Assembly: GCA_963729605.1 (NCBI GenBank)
Contig: CAVSNY010000006.1
Span: 416,001-480,000 of the forward strand
Reading direction: 5' to 3'
DNA from: an uncultured Gammaproteobacteria bacterium
GTDB taxonomy: Bacteria; Pseudomonadota; Gammaproteobacteria; DRLM01
Length of the DNA stretch: 64,000 nt
The notes under the pieces were generated by a model that was not told the DNA's origin, did not search any database, and worked only from the letters and a program-made list of their open reading frames with translations. This document shows positions 29,213 to 38,934 of this stretch, piece after piece. The position numbers and the translations under genes are program-made. How positions within the stretch are numbered: the stretch's first letter is position 1; each line of letters starts with the position of its first letter.

Positions 29213-29513
29213 TGTTATTATCGCGCGCCCCTCAGTGACATATCCCCTCGAAGCCTCCACCCGGCGCTCCCCCGGATGGCGAGCTACAACGCGCGCGCGG
29301 ACATTGCCCCCGTCCGCCGTCGTGCGCATTGCCGCGCGCCGTAAATTTTTTCACCTTAAGCGACCTCGCACCTCAATGCAAGATCACTCGCCCTCAACGA
29401 CCGGCGCCACTCATTTTTAATCGCCTAGCGGCGCCCACTCTCCCTTGCCCGCCCTGATGTCGCCCGACAATCCCTCCTTGATCGGGACTGAAAATTAATA
29501 CATCGGCCGCAAT

Positions 29514-30329
29514 TTATTTATTATGACAAGTTAAACACACGGCGCTGCCCGCTGGGTCAACGCGAAGGAAAGTGGGGGTCTCATCCACGTGGGGATCATG
29601 GCAGGAGCCGCACTCCACATAAGGCTGCGCCTCGCCCGCATACGCCCCCCGCGTCGCCACCCGGGTATACAGCTTCATATCGGTACGTTCGAAGGATTGA
29701 GTCCCCTCGGGGGTATTGACCCACCACACCCGGCTGGTGCCCATGATCTCTGAATTGGCGGGATGAAAATCCCGGTCCGCGCCCGGTCCGCCCGCGTTCG
29801 ACAGTGAATAACCACCACCCGCGTATTGAATACCGATAGGATGGTCGTTGGTGAGATCCTTGCCCAAATTAGTGATCACCGCCGGCCGGCCGATGCGGCC
29901 TTGCGCGGGCCGCGCCTGTCCGCTCCAGGCCCCGTTGCGAAAACCGGGCACCTGCACGCCGGAGCCCGGCTCGTTGATCAAGGTATCCATGGCTTGCGTG
30001 CCGTCGTGGCAGGAAAGGCAGGCGACCGAGACCGAACCTATCGGCTCGATGGACCCATCGAGGGTGGTGGTGCCGAGTTGATCGTAGGTTTCGTAGCCGG
30101 TGGGGTCGATGTTGCGGTTCCATAATGGAACGGCCGCGCTGGCGTTGGCCCCATGAGGCGTATGACAAAATACGCAGATCTCCCGCGTGCCGTCGATATT
30201 GCTCACGGCATTCAGCCCCCCCGCACTCAAGTTGTGCTTGGTATTAAATACGCCGCCGAGGCTCACGCCCCCCGCCAACCACAGCAGCGTCGCTCCGGCA
30301 AAAACCAAAGCGCGATAACCGGTTTTCAT
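29514..30329 (-). CDS. Secreted tetraheme cytochrome c, OmcE-like (UetA-like)
   Basis: TKHNLS, ICVFCHTPH, PLWNR, CLSCHDG, LGKDLTNDHPIG, ECGSCHDPH, FLR, SAVCLTCHNK. Confidence 0.9.
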   Translation of the reverse strand: MKTGYRALVFAGATLLWLAGGVSLGGVFNTKHNLSAGGLNAVSNIDGTREICVFCHTPHGANASAAVPLWNRNIDPTGYETYDQLGTTTLDGSIEPIGSVSVACLSCHDGTQAMDTLINEPGSGVQVPGFRNGAWSGQARPAQGRIGRPAVITNLGKDLTNDHPIGIQYAGGGYSLSNAGGPGADRDFHPANSEIMGTSRVWWVNTPEGTQSFERTDMKLYTRVATRGAYAGEAQPYVECGSCHDPHVDETPTFLRVDPAGSAVCLTCHNK

Positions 30330-30614
30330 CACTCGCCCCTTTAAAGGGTTTTCCGCCGTCAGATTTTGTCAACTTAGGCGCTAAGTTACAAGTGTTTAAA
30401 CTGACTATGGCCATCGGCGCGCAAAACCTTGTGATTCGCCCGCTTCCAAAGTTAGTCAAAACGGCGCGGGAGCCGAAAATGACCGCGCATCAAAACCAGC
30501 GGCCGCGGCCCTTCCCGTCTCAACGCCTCATCAAACGCGCTTGATTATTTTAGCGACGTCGCCTGACAGTGGAGCAACCGTTGACCGTTCACATCCAACC
30601 GGACATATCGACAT

Positions 30615-30645
30615 AAAAAAGGGCGCCTGCAGGCGCCCTTTTTTC
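30615..30645 (-). terminator. Rho-independent terminator of porin 1
   Basis: AAAAAAGGGCGCCTGCAGGCGCCCTTTTTT. Confidence 0.85.
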
Positions 30646-30663
30646 TCATGCCTCGGTTCCAAC

Positions 30664-31710
30664 TTATTTCGAAGAAAATTTATGGTTGATACCCAATGAC
30701 AGGGCCGACGCATCCTGGCCGGTCACCGAGTTCAACCTGGTCAAGTCATAATTGCCATTGTCGCCATTGCTCATCAGGTTGTACATCGCGTACAACTCGG
30801 TGTTCTTGGTGAAGTTGCGAAACACGCCCAAGGCGAAATGGGTGGCGCCGGAATCGGCCTCCGAGTCTTTTTCATCGGCCATGGCGACCGAACCCTTCAG
30901 CGTATAACCCTCCAGCTTATGGGCCACGCTCACCAGAAAGGCATTGCGCTGATTGTCGGCGCCGCCCTCATCGGCGCTTTCAAAAATCGCCCCCACCGTG
31001 GTGGGACCGAAGGCATAGCTGCCGCCCACCTTCATGGCCACCGCATCGTCGCCGTTGGTGTGATAGGCATTGAGCGACTCGTAAGCGGCGGTGAGGTACC
31101 AGGGACCGCTGTTGTAACTGCCGTTCACGCTGTAGACATCGCGATCGCTCTACCGCGTGGTCATGGGCAGATCGTCATCGCCCCGATGATCGGCAAACAC
31201 ATAGCCCAGCATCGCGCTGAAGCCGTTCATGCTCGGCGTCGTGTAGATGATAATGTTGGAGGCGCGGCGATCGAACAATTTATTGCCGTCGTCCACGCTG
31301 CCGATGATGGCGTTGAAATCGCCCTTGGTCTCGGCAAAGATATCCAGCTTGGAGGTGGCCCTTTTATAGGGGGTATCGTGTTTGCCCGCCAGCACCTGAC
31401 CAAATCCGCCCGTCAGACCCACAAAGGTGTTGCGCTGGCTGCTGAACGCCGCGCCGTCGTCAAAATCCACCTGCTGCTCGATCTGCCACAAGGCGGCGAG
31501 TCCGTTACCCAAATCCTCGTCGCCCTTGAAACCCAGACGGGAATCGTAGCTGGTCAGACTAATGGCGCTGTCTTCATTGCCCGCCGTGGGGTCATTATTG
31601 TTATTGAAATCCAACGAGACATAAGCCGCCCCATACACCTCCACGCCGGCCTGCGCCAACGGCGCCATCATGGCAGCCACGACACCCGCGGCGATCATAT
31701 GTTTATTCAT
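30664..31710 (-). pseudogene. Gram-negative trimeric porin with an in-frame TAG at 31150-31152
   Basis: The two track ORFs share one frame (PMTTR*SDRDVYSVNG). SRLGFKGDEDLGNGL and GINHKFSSK are shared with the two neighbouring paralogs. Confidence 0.8.
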
Positions 31711-31891
31711 TATTCCCCCTCGACTATATTGAACCCCGTCTAAATCAACCCCGTCGATCAAAAACCGCCTTGCGCCGCGCGCTGGTCTGATGTTGATATC
31801 TTCCCGTGAAAAATCAGCACGGTAATCGCTCAACAGTCTAACAGTAGCGCATAGCCGCCTTTGTCACAACGCTCTCCTGCATGCGTTTCTC

Positions 31892-31920
31892 AAAAAAAAG
31901 GCGCCCGCAGGCGCCTTCTC
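31892..31920 (-). terminator. Terminator of porin 2
   Basis: AAAAAAAAGGCGCCCGCAGGCGCCTT. Confidence 0.8.
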
Positions 31921-31939
31921 ATTCTTGGACAGTGAAGAT

Positions 31940-33007
31940 TTATTTGGAGGAGAAATTATGGTTGATACCGACAGATATCGCCGAGACACTCTTGTCGGCA
32001 AACCCCGCGACGGCCTGAGAACCCGACCACAGGCCGTAAGTGCCGTTGCTATCATTATCCACCTGCGTATAGAGGGCATACACCTCGGTGTTCTTGGTGA
32101 ATGAATGAAAACCGCCGAGGGTGAGCTGGGTGGCGCCGCTGCTGCTGATGCCATCCACGTCATCGGCCATCGCGATGGCCGCCTTCAAGCTGTTGTCACC
32201 CATTTTGTGCGTTGCACTCGCATACCAGGCACTGCGTTCACCGTTGGCGCCGCCGCGATCGGCGTTTTCAAACAGGCCCGAGAGCACGGTGCCTTGCCCG
32301 AAATTCCACGCCGCGCCGACGCGGTAGGCGACGCCGTCGTCGTTCGCGGTGAGATTGCCGATGGTCTCGTAGCTCGCAGCAAGATAGAGCGGACCGTTCT
32401 CGTAGCCCGCGCCGACGCTGACGAGTTCACGTTCGCTGTCGGTGGTGGTCATGGGCAAATCATCGCTGGTGCGATTGAACGAATACGCCGCATGCAGTTT
32501 GAGCCCCGCCATATCCGGGGAGGCGTAAGCCACGATGTTGGGCGTGCGGTTATCGAACAAGCGGTTGCCGCGGATATTGCCGATGATGGCGTTGTAATCG
32601 CCTTTGGTATCGGAGAAGGGATCGAAGCGCGCGGTCACGATGCGTAACGGGGTTTCATAGCGCCCCGCCAGCACCGTACCGAAACCGCCGCCCAACCCGA
32701 TGAAGGTATTGCGGGCGCTCTGGAAGGCCGAGCCGGTATCGAAGTCCACCTGGGTCTCGAGCTGCCACAACGCGCTCAAACCATTGCCCAAATCCTCGTC
32801 ACCCTTGAAACCCAGGCGCGAGGTATTGCTCGACAGCGACACCGCGCTGTCCTCGTTTCCCACCGTGGGATCATCGTTATTGATGAAGTCCAGCGACATA
32901 CGGGCCTTACCGTAAACCTCGACACCGGCCTGCACGGCGAAAGAGGCGCCCACCGCCATCGTCGCCGCTACCGCCGTCACCAGCCCCCTCTTGCTCATCA
33001 TCTTCAT
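31940..33007 (-). CDS. Gram-negative trimeric porin
   Basis: VQA-GVEVYG, SRLGFKGDEDLGNGL, GINHNFSSK. Confidence 0.92.
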   Translation of the reverse strand: MKMMSKRGLVTAVAATMAVGASFAVQAGVEVYGKARMSLDFINNDDPTVGNEDSAVSLSSNTSRLGFKGDEDLGNGLSALWQLETQVDFDTGSAFQSARNTFIGLGGGFGTVLAGRYETPLRIVTARFDPFSDTKGDYNAIIGNIRGNRLFDNRTPNIVAYASPDMAGLKLHAAYSFNRTSDDLPMTTTDSERELVSVGAGYENGPLYLAASYETIGNLTANDDGVAYRVGAAWNFGQGTVLSGLFENADRGGANGERSAWYASATHKMGDNSLKAAIAMADDVDGISSSGATQLTLGGFHSFTKNTEVYALYTQVDNDSNGTYGLWSGSQAVAGFADKSVSAISVGINHNFSSK

Positions 33008-33107
33008 TTCACATTCCTCCGGCTATAAATGTAGAAGCATCATCAGACCGCTGGCGATTCTATAAACCTTCTATTACGCATTCATGACAAACGCCGGCAT
33101 ACACACC

Positions 33108-33137
33108 AAAAAAAAGGGCGCCCGCAGGCGCCCTTTC
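33108..33137 (-). terminator. Terminator of porin 3
   Basis: AAAAAAAAGGGCGCCCGCAGGCGCCCTTT. Confidence 0.8.
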
Positions 33138-33162
33138 TGTCCAACCTCGAAGAGTAAATAAA

Positions 33163-34215
33163 TTACTTCGAGCTGAACTTGTGGTTGATGCCCACCGAGA
33201 AGGCGGACATGTCTTCGCCAGCAAACGAATTGGAGTTACTGAACAGGCCGTAGTTCGCGTTGGCGTCGTTGCTGACCACCGTGTACAGCGCGTACACGTC
33301 GGTGTTGGCGGACAGGGCCTGACCCACGCCCAGCGCGAAGTGGGTCGCGCCGCTGTCGGTCACGCCACCAACTTCGTCGGCCATCGCGACCGAGGCCATC
33401 AGGCTGGTGTCGCCCATCTTGTGCTTGACGTTCAGCAACCAGGCGTCGCGGTCGCCGTTGGCGCCGCCGACATCGGCACTTTCCCAGATGGCGCCAATGG
33501 TGGTCGCGTCCGTGATGGTGTAGGTGCCGCCGATCTTCCACGCGCTGGCGTCGTCGCCGCCCACACCTGCGGCATTCAGCGACTCATACGCGGCGGTGAC
33601 GAAGAGCGGCCCATTGGTGTAACCGGCGCTCAAGCTGTAGGCATCACGGTCGTTGCCGGCCGTGGAGATAGGCAGGTCGTCATCATTATTGATATCAGAC
33701 AGGATATAGGCCACGCTGGCCTTGAAGCCGTTCATGTCCGGCGTCATGTAGGCGATGGCGTTGTCGGCGCGGTTGTCGAATACCACGTTGCCGTTCACCG
33801 AGCCCATGATCGCGTTGTAGTCGCCGCGGGTGTTGCGGAACACGTCCATGTAGTTGGTCGACGACTTGTAGGGGGTGCTCAGGTGGCCGGCCAGCACGGT
33901 ACCGAAGCCGCCGCCCAAGCCGATGAAGGTGTCACGGGCCGAGGTGTTGGCCGCGCCGGTGTCGAAATCCATCTGCTGCTCGAACTGCCACAGCGCCGAC
34001 AGACCGTTGCCGAGGTCCTCGTCACCGCGGAAGCCGATGCGCGACTTGTTGCTGGACAGGCTGATGGCGCTGTCTTCTGCGCCAGCGGTGTTGTCATTAT
34101 TGGTGACGAAATCAAGAGAGGCGCGGGCCTCACCGTACACTTCAACACCGGCTTGGGCCGCCAGAGGGGCCGTCAACGCGGCGGCAACACCAAGAGCAAT
34201 CAACTTCTTGTTCAT
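33163..34215 (-). CDS. Major Gram-negative trimeric porin
   Basis: MNKKLIAL...AQA-GVEVYG, SRIGFRGDEDLGNGL, GINHKFSSK. Confidence 0.93.
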   Translation of the reverse strand: MNKKLIALGVAAALTAPLAAQAGVEVYGEARASLDFVTNNDNTAGAEDSAISLSSNKSRIGFRGDEDLGNGLSALWQFEQQMDFDTGAANTSARDTFIGLGGGFGTVLAGHLSTPYKSSTNYMDVFRNTRGDYNAIMGSVNGNVVFDNRADNAIAYMTPDMNGFKASVAYILSDINNDDDLPISTAGNDRDAYSLSAGYTNGPLFVTAAYESLNAAGVGGDDASAWKIGGTYTITDATTIGAIWESADVGGANGDRDAWLLNVKHKMGDTSLMASVAMADEVGGVTDSGATHFALGVGQALSANTDVYALYTVVSNDANANYGLFSNSNSFAGEDMSAFSVGINHKFSSK

Positions 34216-34403
34216 AAAAATCTCCCTGTTGGGTTTAAATTCGGTGGATTAAAAACGCTTAATCACTTAACTCAAGAGACTTGAGGTGGGGAGACTCTAC
34301 GAAGGCGGAGGCGTAAAGACAACACTTATTTTCAAAAAAACAACGAGGGTGAAGTTGTGTTGCTAAAAAGACACAGGACAGAAACGGGAAGAAGACGGAA
34401 AAA

Positions 34404-34477
34404 TGGCTGGGGGACTAGGATTCGAACCTAGGTTGGCGGAGTCAGAGTCCGCAGTCCTACCGCTAGACGATCCCCCA
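34404..34477 (-). tRNA. tRNA-Gln(CTG)
   Basis: TGGGGGATCGTCTAGCGGTAGGACTGCGGA-CT-CTG-AC-TCCGCCAACCTAGGTTCGAATCCTAGTCCCCCAGCCA; folds as a cloverleaf with T-loop GTTCGAAT and encoded CCA. Confidence 0.96.
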
Positions 34478-34549
34478 ACAACAACACGGATGAGGACTTA
34501 TCGGCCCGAGGCCCGAACGAAAATCGCCCGGGCCTTAGACCTCAGTTCA

Positions 34550-34942
34550 TTAACGTTTCGAGTATTGCGGACGCTTGCGGGCTTTGTGCAAACCGACTTT
34601 CTTACGTTCCACCTCGCGGGCATCGCGGGTGAGGAAGCCGGCCTTGCGCATCGGGCTGCGCAGGGTCTCGTCGCGGTCGACCAGGGCGCGGGCGATGCCA
34701 TGACGGATGGCGCCGGCCTGACCGCTGTTGCCGCCGCCACGCACGGTGATGGCGATGTCCAAGGAACCGACCATGTTGACCGCTTCCAAGGGTTGGAGCA
34801 CGACGCGACGGGGCGTCTCGCGGCCGAAGTAATGTTCGAGCGTGCGATTATTGATGGTGATCTTTCCGGAGCCGCTGCTCAGGAAAACGCGGGCCGTCGC
34901 GGATTTGCGGCGGCCGATGGTGTTATTGGTCTGCTGTGCCAT
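34550..34942 (-). CDS. rpsI: 30S ribosomal protein S9
   Basis: [33 protein letters not shown]. Confidence 0.98.
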   Translation of the reverse strand: MAQQTNNTIGRRKSATARVFLSSGSGKITINNRTLEHYFGRETPRRVVLQPLEAVNMVGSLDIAITVRGGGNSGQAGAIRHGIARALVDRDETLRSPMRKAGFLTRDAREVERKKVGLHKARKRPQYSKR

Positions 34943-34964
34943 GAACAGTCCTGCGCTAAATGAA

Positions 34965-35393
34965 TTAAATATCCAGGGGCTGCGGTTGCTGCGCCTGATG
35001 ATTATGCTCGGGGCCGGCGAAGACTTTGAGCTTGGTGAACATGGCCCGCCCGAGCGAATTTTTGGGCAACATGCCCTTCACCGCGATCTCGACGACCTGT
35101 TCCGGCGCGCGCTCCAGCATCTTTTGAAAGCTGAAGGAACGCATATTGCCTATGTGGCCGGTGTGATGATGGTACATCTTGTCGGTGAGTTTTTTACCGG
35201 TGACCTGCACCTTGCCGGCGTTGACCACCACGATGTAATCGCCGGTGTCGACGTGCGGGGTGTACTCCGCCTTGTGCTTGCCGCGCAGGCGCCGCGCGAT
35301 CTCGCTGGCCATGCGCCCCAAGGTCTTGCCGCTGGCGTCCACCACGTACCAGTCACGCTTGACGGTCTCTGATTTTGCGCTGAAGGTCTTCAT
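34965..35393 (-). CDS. rplM: 50S ribosomal protein L13
   Basis: [30 protein letters not shown]. Confidence 0.98.
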   Translation of the reverse strand: MKTFSAKSETVKRDWYVVDASGKTLGRMASEIARRLRGKHKAEYTPHVDTGDYIVVVNAGKVQVTGKKLTDKMYHHHTGHIGNMRSFSFQKMLERAPEQVVEIAVKGMLPKNSLGRAMFTKLKVFAGPEHNHQAQQPQPLDI

Positions 35394-35471
35394 CCGAATG
35401 AATCCTGAAAAAAGCTGATTTTAAGAAACGCGGGATTCTACAGCAGCACCCGCCCCGGCACAAGCCGCCCG

Positions 35472-36233
35472 TCAGCGAATCAAGCGCCGTCGCAGCAGCC
35501 AGGTCGCCGCGGTCAAGGCCGCCGCGGCACAAGCCACCAGCACCGCCAGATGCAGCAGCGGCGCGACCAGGGGCAGCCCGGTCATCAGCGGCCGCACCAC
35601 CGCCAACACGTGGGTGAGGGGAAACCACTGCGCCAGCCCCTGCACCCAGGCCGGCATGACTTCCAGCGGGAAAAACACCCCGCTCAGCAAAAACATCGGG
35701 GTAATGATGAGGGTGGAATAATACATAAAGAAATCGAAGCCGGTGGCCACCGAGGTCACCACCAAGGCCATGGCGCCGAAGGCCAGCCCCGCCAGCAGCA
35801 GCACCGGCAAGGCCCACAAGGCATTCCAGTCGTGCACCGCCCCCAGCGCCGCCGCCACGACCAGGATGGGCGTGCTGTTGATCAGCGCCTTGGTACCGGT
35901 CCACATCATCTCGCCCACCACCACGTCCCGCACGCTCAACGGCGTGGCGAGAATGCCTTCCCAGGTCTGCTGCATCGACATGCGCACATAAGCGGAATAG
36001 AGGCCTTCCAAGGTCGCGGAGTTCATGGCGCTGCCGCAGACGATGCCCGACGCGAGGAACATCAGATACGGCATGCCCTGCACCTGATCGATGAAGGAGC
36101 CGAAGCCGTAGCCCAGCGCCAGCAAATAGAACAGGGGTTCGCCGAAATTACCCAGCAGGGACGGCAGGGCCAGCTTGCGCCATACCAGGAAATTCCGTCG
36201 CCACACCGGCACCCAGCCCAAGACCGCCATCAT
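35472..36233 (-). CDS. nodJ: ABC-2 permease, NodJ-like
   Basis: VWRRNFLVWRK, GEPLFYLLALGYG, PMFLLSGVFFP. Confidence 0.85.
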   Translation of the reverse strand: MMAVLGWVPVWRRNFLVWRKLALPSLLGNFGEPLFYLLALGYGFGSFIDQVQGMPYLMFLASGIVCGSAMNSATLEGLYSAYVRMSMQQTWEGILATPLSVRDVVVGEMMWTGTKALINSTPILVVAAALGAVHDWNALWALPVLLLAGLAFGAMALVVTSVATGFDFFMYYSTLIITPMFLLSGVFFPLEVMPAWVQGLAQWFPLTHVLAVVRPLMTGLPLVAPLLHLAVLVACAAAALTAATWLLRRRLIR

Positions 36234-36240
36234 CCCGCCA

Positions 36241-37209
36241 TCAACTCGCCGTCCGCAGATCGCGGCCGGTGAGTTTAAGAAACACGTCTTCCAGATTGGC
36301 GCGGCGATGAGTGAAACGCAGCCCCTCCACGGCAGCGAGGGCATCGAGCAGCGGCCGCTCGTCGCGCAGATAACACAGCACGCTCTCGCCGACTTCCTCG
36401 GTCCGCTCGGCCCGGCCGGCACCCTCCGCCGCCAACCATTCGGCGGCGCGGGGGCCGAACAGCTCCACCACCTGCGGCTCGATATGGGTGCGGATCAACT
36501 CCGCCGGGCTGCCGGTGGCGAGGATCACGCCGTGGTCCATCACCACGATGCGGTCGCAAAGCCGTTCCGCCTCTTCCATATAATGGGTGGTGAGCAGCAA
36601 GGTCTTGCCGGCGGCCAGCAACTCGCGCAGCCGCCGCCACAACAACTGGCGCGCCTGCGGATCGAGGCCGGTGGTGGGTTCGTCGAGGATCAGCAGTTCG
36701 GGGTCGTTGATGAGGGCGCGGGCCAGGGTGAGCCGCCGCTTCATCCCGCCGGACAGGGCGCTGATCTTGGCGCCGGCCCGCTCGGTGAGCGCGGCGAATT
36801 CCAGCAAGACTGGCACCCGTTCGGCCAGCGCGGCGTGGCCCAGGCCGAAATAACTGCCGTAGGTTTGCAGATTTTCGGCGACGGTGAAATCCGGATCGAG
36901 ATTATCGAACTGGGGCACCACGCCCAGCCGCCGCCGCATCTCGGCGGCCCGCGCCGGTACCGGCAGTCCCAGCACTTCCAGCGTGCCGCCGCTGGGGTGG
37001 GCGGTGCCCAGCAGTAAACGCATGGTGGTGGTCTTGCCCGCGCCATTGGGACCGAGCAGCCCCACGCATTCGCCGCGATAGACGCTGAAATCGATCCCCT
37101 TCACCACCGGGGTCTCGCCATACAGCTTGGTGAGCCCGACGGCGCGCACCACCGCCTCGGCGGACGGAGCAGCGGCCACGGGGGCAATGGTGGGGGCGAC
37201 GCCGTTCAA
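36241..37209 (-). CDS. nodI: ABC ATP-binding protein, NodI-like
   Basis: GPNGAGKTT, VVPQFDNLDPDF, LSGGMKRR, LTTHYMEEAERLCD. Confidence 0.87.
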   Translation of the reverse strand: MNGVAPTIAPVAAAPSAEAVVRAVGLTKLYGETPVVKGIDFSVYRGECVGLLGPNGAGKTTTMRLLLGTAHPSGGTLEVLGLPVPARAAEMRRRLGVVPQFDNLDPDFTVAENLQTYGSYFGLGHAALAERVPVLLEFAALTERAGAKISALSGGMKRRLTLARALINDPELLILDEPTTGLDPQARQLLWRRLRELLAAGKTLLLTTHYMEEAERLCDRIVVMDHGVILATGSPAELIRTHIEPQVVELFGPRAAEWLAAEGAGRAERTEEVGESVLCYLRDERPLLDALAAVEGLRFTHRRANLEDVFLKLTGRDLRTAS

Positions 37210-37514
37210 ATCTTCAACCGCTCCACCACCCGGCCGTGTCGCAAGTGTTCATCGATGATCTCGTCGATGTCTTCTTCGTCCACGTAGCTGTACCACACGC
37301 CCTCGGGATAGACGACCACCACCGGCCCCTGCTCGCAGCGGTCCAGGCAGCCGGCGGTATTGATGCGCACCTTATCTTTGCCGGCCAGACCCAATTCCTT
37401 CACCCGCTTTTTGGCATAGTCGCGCAAGGCGGTCGCGCCGCAGTCTTCGCAGCTCTGGCGTTCACCGTCGCGCTGATTGGTACAGAAAAAGACGTGATGG
37501 CGGTAATAGGACAT
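37206..37514 (-). CDS. Thioredoxin-like [2Fe-2S] ferredoxin
   Basis: MSYYRHHVFFCTNQR, GCLDRCEQGPVVVVYPEGVWY. Confidence 0.92.
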   Translation of the reverse strand: MSYYRHHVFFCTNQRDGERQSCEDCGATALRDYAKKRVKELGLAGKDKVRINTAGCLDRCEQGPVVVVYPEGVWYSYVDEEDIDEIIDEHLRHGRVVERLKI

Positions 37515-37568
37515 ATCGACGATTAAATAGCTTGAAGTGGCAAGACAAGGCACAAGAGAATACCATGA

Positions 37569-38873
37569 TTGCATGCCGACCTTTACCGCCTTTTGAATCA
37601 GATTGTTCTTTACTTGCCCTCCGCCGCCCGCCACTCGTCCTTGCTCAAAACCACCGACCGCTGCGTGATGTGCGGCATGTGCCTGCCGCACTGCCCCACT
37701 TATCATCTGACCCGCGACGAGGCCGAATCGCCGCGCGGCCGCATCGCGCTCATTCAAGGCGTGTTGAGCGGCCGGCTCGAGCAAACGGCGCGGCTCGAAA
37801 CCCATCTCGATCACTGCCTCGGCTGCCGCGCCTGCGAAGCGGTCTGCCCTTCCGGCGTGCCCTACGGCGAGATCATCGACGGCGCGCGGGCCGCGCTCTC
37901 GGAACAAGCCCCGCCCGCGCCGCGCTGGCGGCGCCTGGCTTGGGGCTGGGTCACCGGCGTGATCTCGGACCGGCGCCGCCTCTACCGCGCCGCGCGTGCG
38001 TTACGGTTCTATCAACGCAGCGGTCTGCGGCGACTCGCGCGCCTCACCGGCCTCACGCGCCGCGGCAGCCTCGGGCGTTTGGACGCGCTGCTGCCGCCGT
38101 TGCCCACGCCGCGCGCCTGGCCCGCCCAGCTCCCGGCCCAGACCGAGCCGCGCGGCGAAGTCGGCTTGTTTCTCGGCTGCGTCTCCGATGTGGCGGACCG
38201 CGCGACCCTCGATGCCGCCGCGCGACTCCTGACCCGCCTCGGCTACCGCGTGCACCTGCCGGAGGGGCAAACCTGTTGCGGCGCGCTGCACCTGCATCAG
38301 GGCGATCCCGCCACCGCGCAGGCGCTCGCGCAACGCAATCGCGCGGCCTTCAAGGCGCATGCGCTGGAGACCATCATCTCCGTCGCCAGCGGCTGCGGCG
38401 CCACCCTCGCCGAATACCCCGGCCAGAACGGCGCGGCGCTGGGCGCGCCGGTGCGCGACATCAGCGCGTTTTTGCACGGCGTCAGCTGGCCGGAAGACAT
38501 CCGCTTCGCGCCGTTGCGCAAAAAGGTCGCGGTGCAGGACCCTTGTTCGCTGACCCACGTGCTGCGGCAAAACCAGGCGCCTTATTCCCTGCTGGCGCGC
38601 ATCCCGGAGATCGAACTCATCGCCCTGCCCGACAACCGCCGCTGCTGCGGCGCGGCGGGCAGTTACATGCTCACCCAGCCCGCGATGGCGGAAAAACTCC
38701 GCGACGAAAAAATCGCCGCGTTAAAGGCCAGCGGCGCCGAGATCCTGCTCACCTCCAACATCGGCTGCGCGCTGCATCTGAGGGCCGGCCTACGCGCGGC
38801 GGGGATGGAGATCGAAGTCATGCACCCGATTGCGTTGCTGGCGCGGCAGTTGCGAACAGCCGGTACTGTGTAA
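37569..38873 (+). CDS. glcF: GlcF-like Fe-S oxidoreductase (4Fe-4S dicluster plus CCG domains)
   Basis: [34 protein letters not shown], two CCGA motifs. Start uncertain. Confidence 0.8.
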   Translation: MHADLYRLLNQIVLYLPSAARHSSLLKTTDRCVMCGMCLPHCPTYHLTRDEAESPRGRIALIQGVLSGRLEQTARLETHLDHCLGCRACEAVCPSGVPYGEIIDGARAALSEQAPPAPRWRRLAWGWVTGVISDRRRLYRAARALRFYQRSGLRRLARLTGLTRRGSLGRLDALLPPLPTPRAWPAQLPAQTEPRGEVGLFLGCVSDVADRATLDAAARLLTRLGYRVHLPEGQTCCGALHLHQGDPATAQALAQRNRAAFKAHALETIISVASGCGATLAEYPGQNGAALGAPVRDISAFLHGVSWPEDIRFAPLRKKVAVQDPCSLTHVLRQNQAPYSLLARIPEIELIALPDNRRCCGAAGSYMLTQPAMAEKLRDEKIAALKASGAEILLTSNIGCALHLRAGLRAAGMEIEVMHPIALLARQLRTAGTV

Positions 38874-38934
38874 AGTCGATTTTCCGTCCTTTAATACTTG
38901 CAACTTACCGCCTACAACTTGTAACTTTGCTCGC

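Noticed and set aside
31150-31152. Pyrrolysine or alternative-code recoding of TAG
   Set aside because: Other genes in the window end normally at TAG (e.g. coq7, trpD) and no pyl genes are seen.
34404-34477. tRNA-Gln as integration site for the porin/cytochrome region
   Set aside because: I saw no duplicated tRNA 3' end and no integrase, and the composition matches the core genes.
34403-34963. 186-aa plus-strand ORF MAGGLGFEPR...
   Set aside because: Antisense to tRNA-Gln and rpsI.
35472-37209. Nodulation function from nodIJ-like genes
   Set aside because: No nodABC; such ABC-2 exporters are widespread in non-rhizobia.
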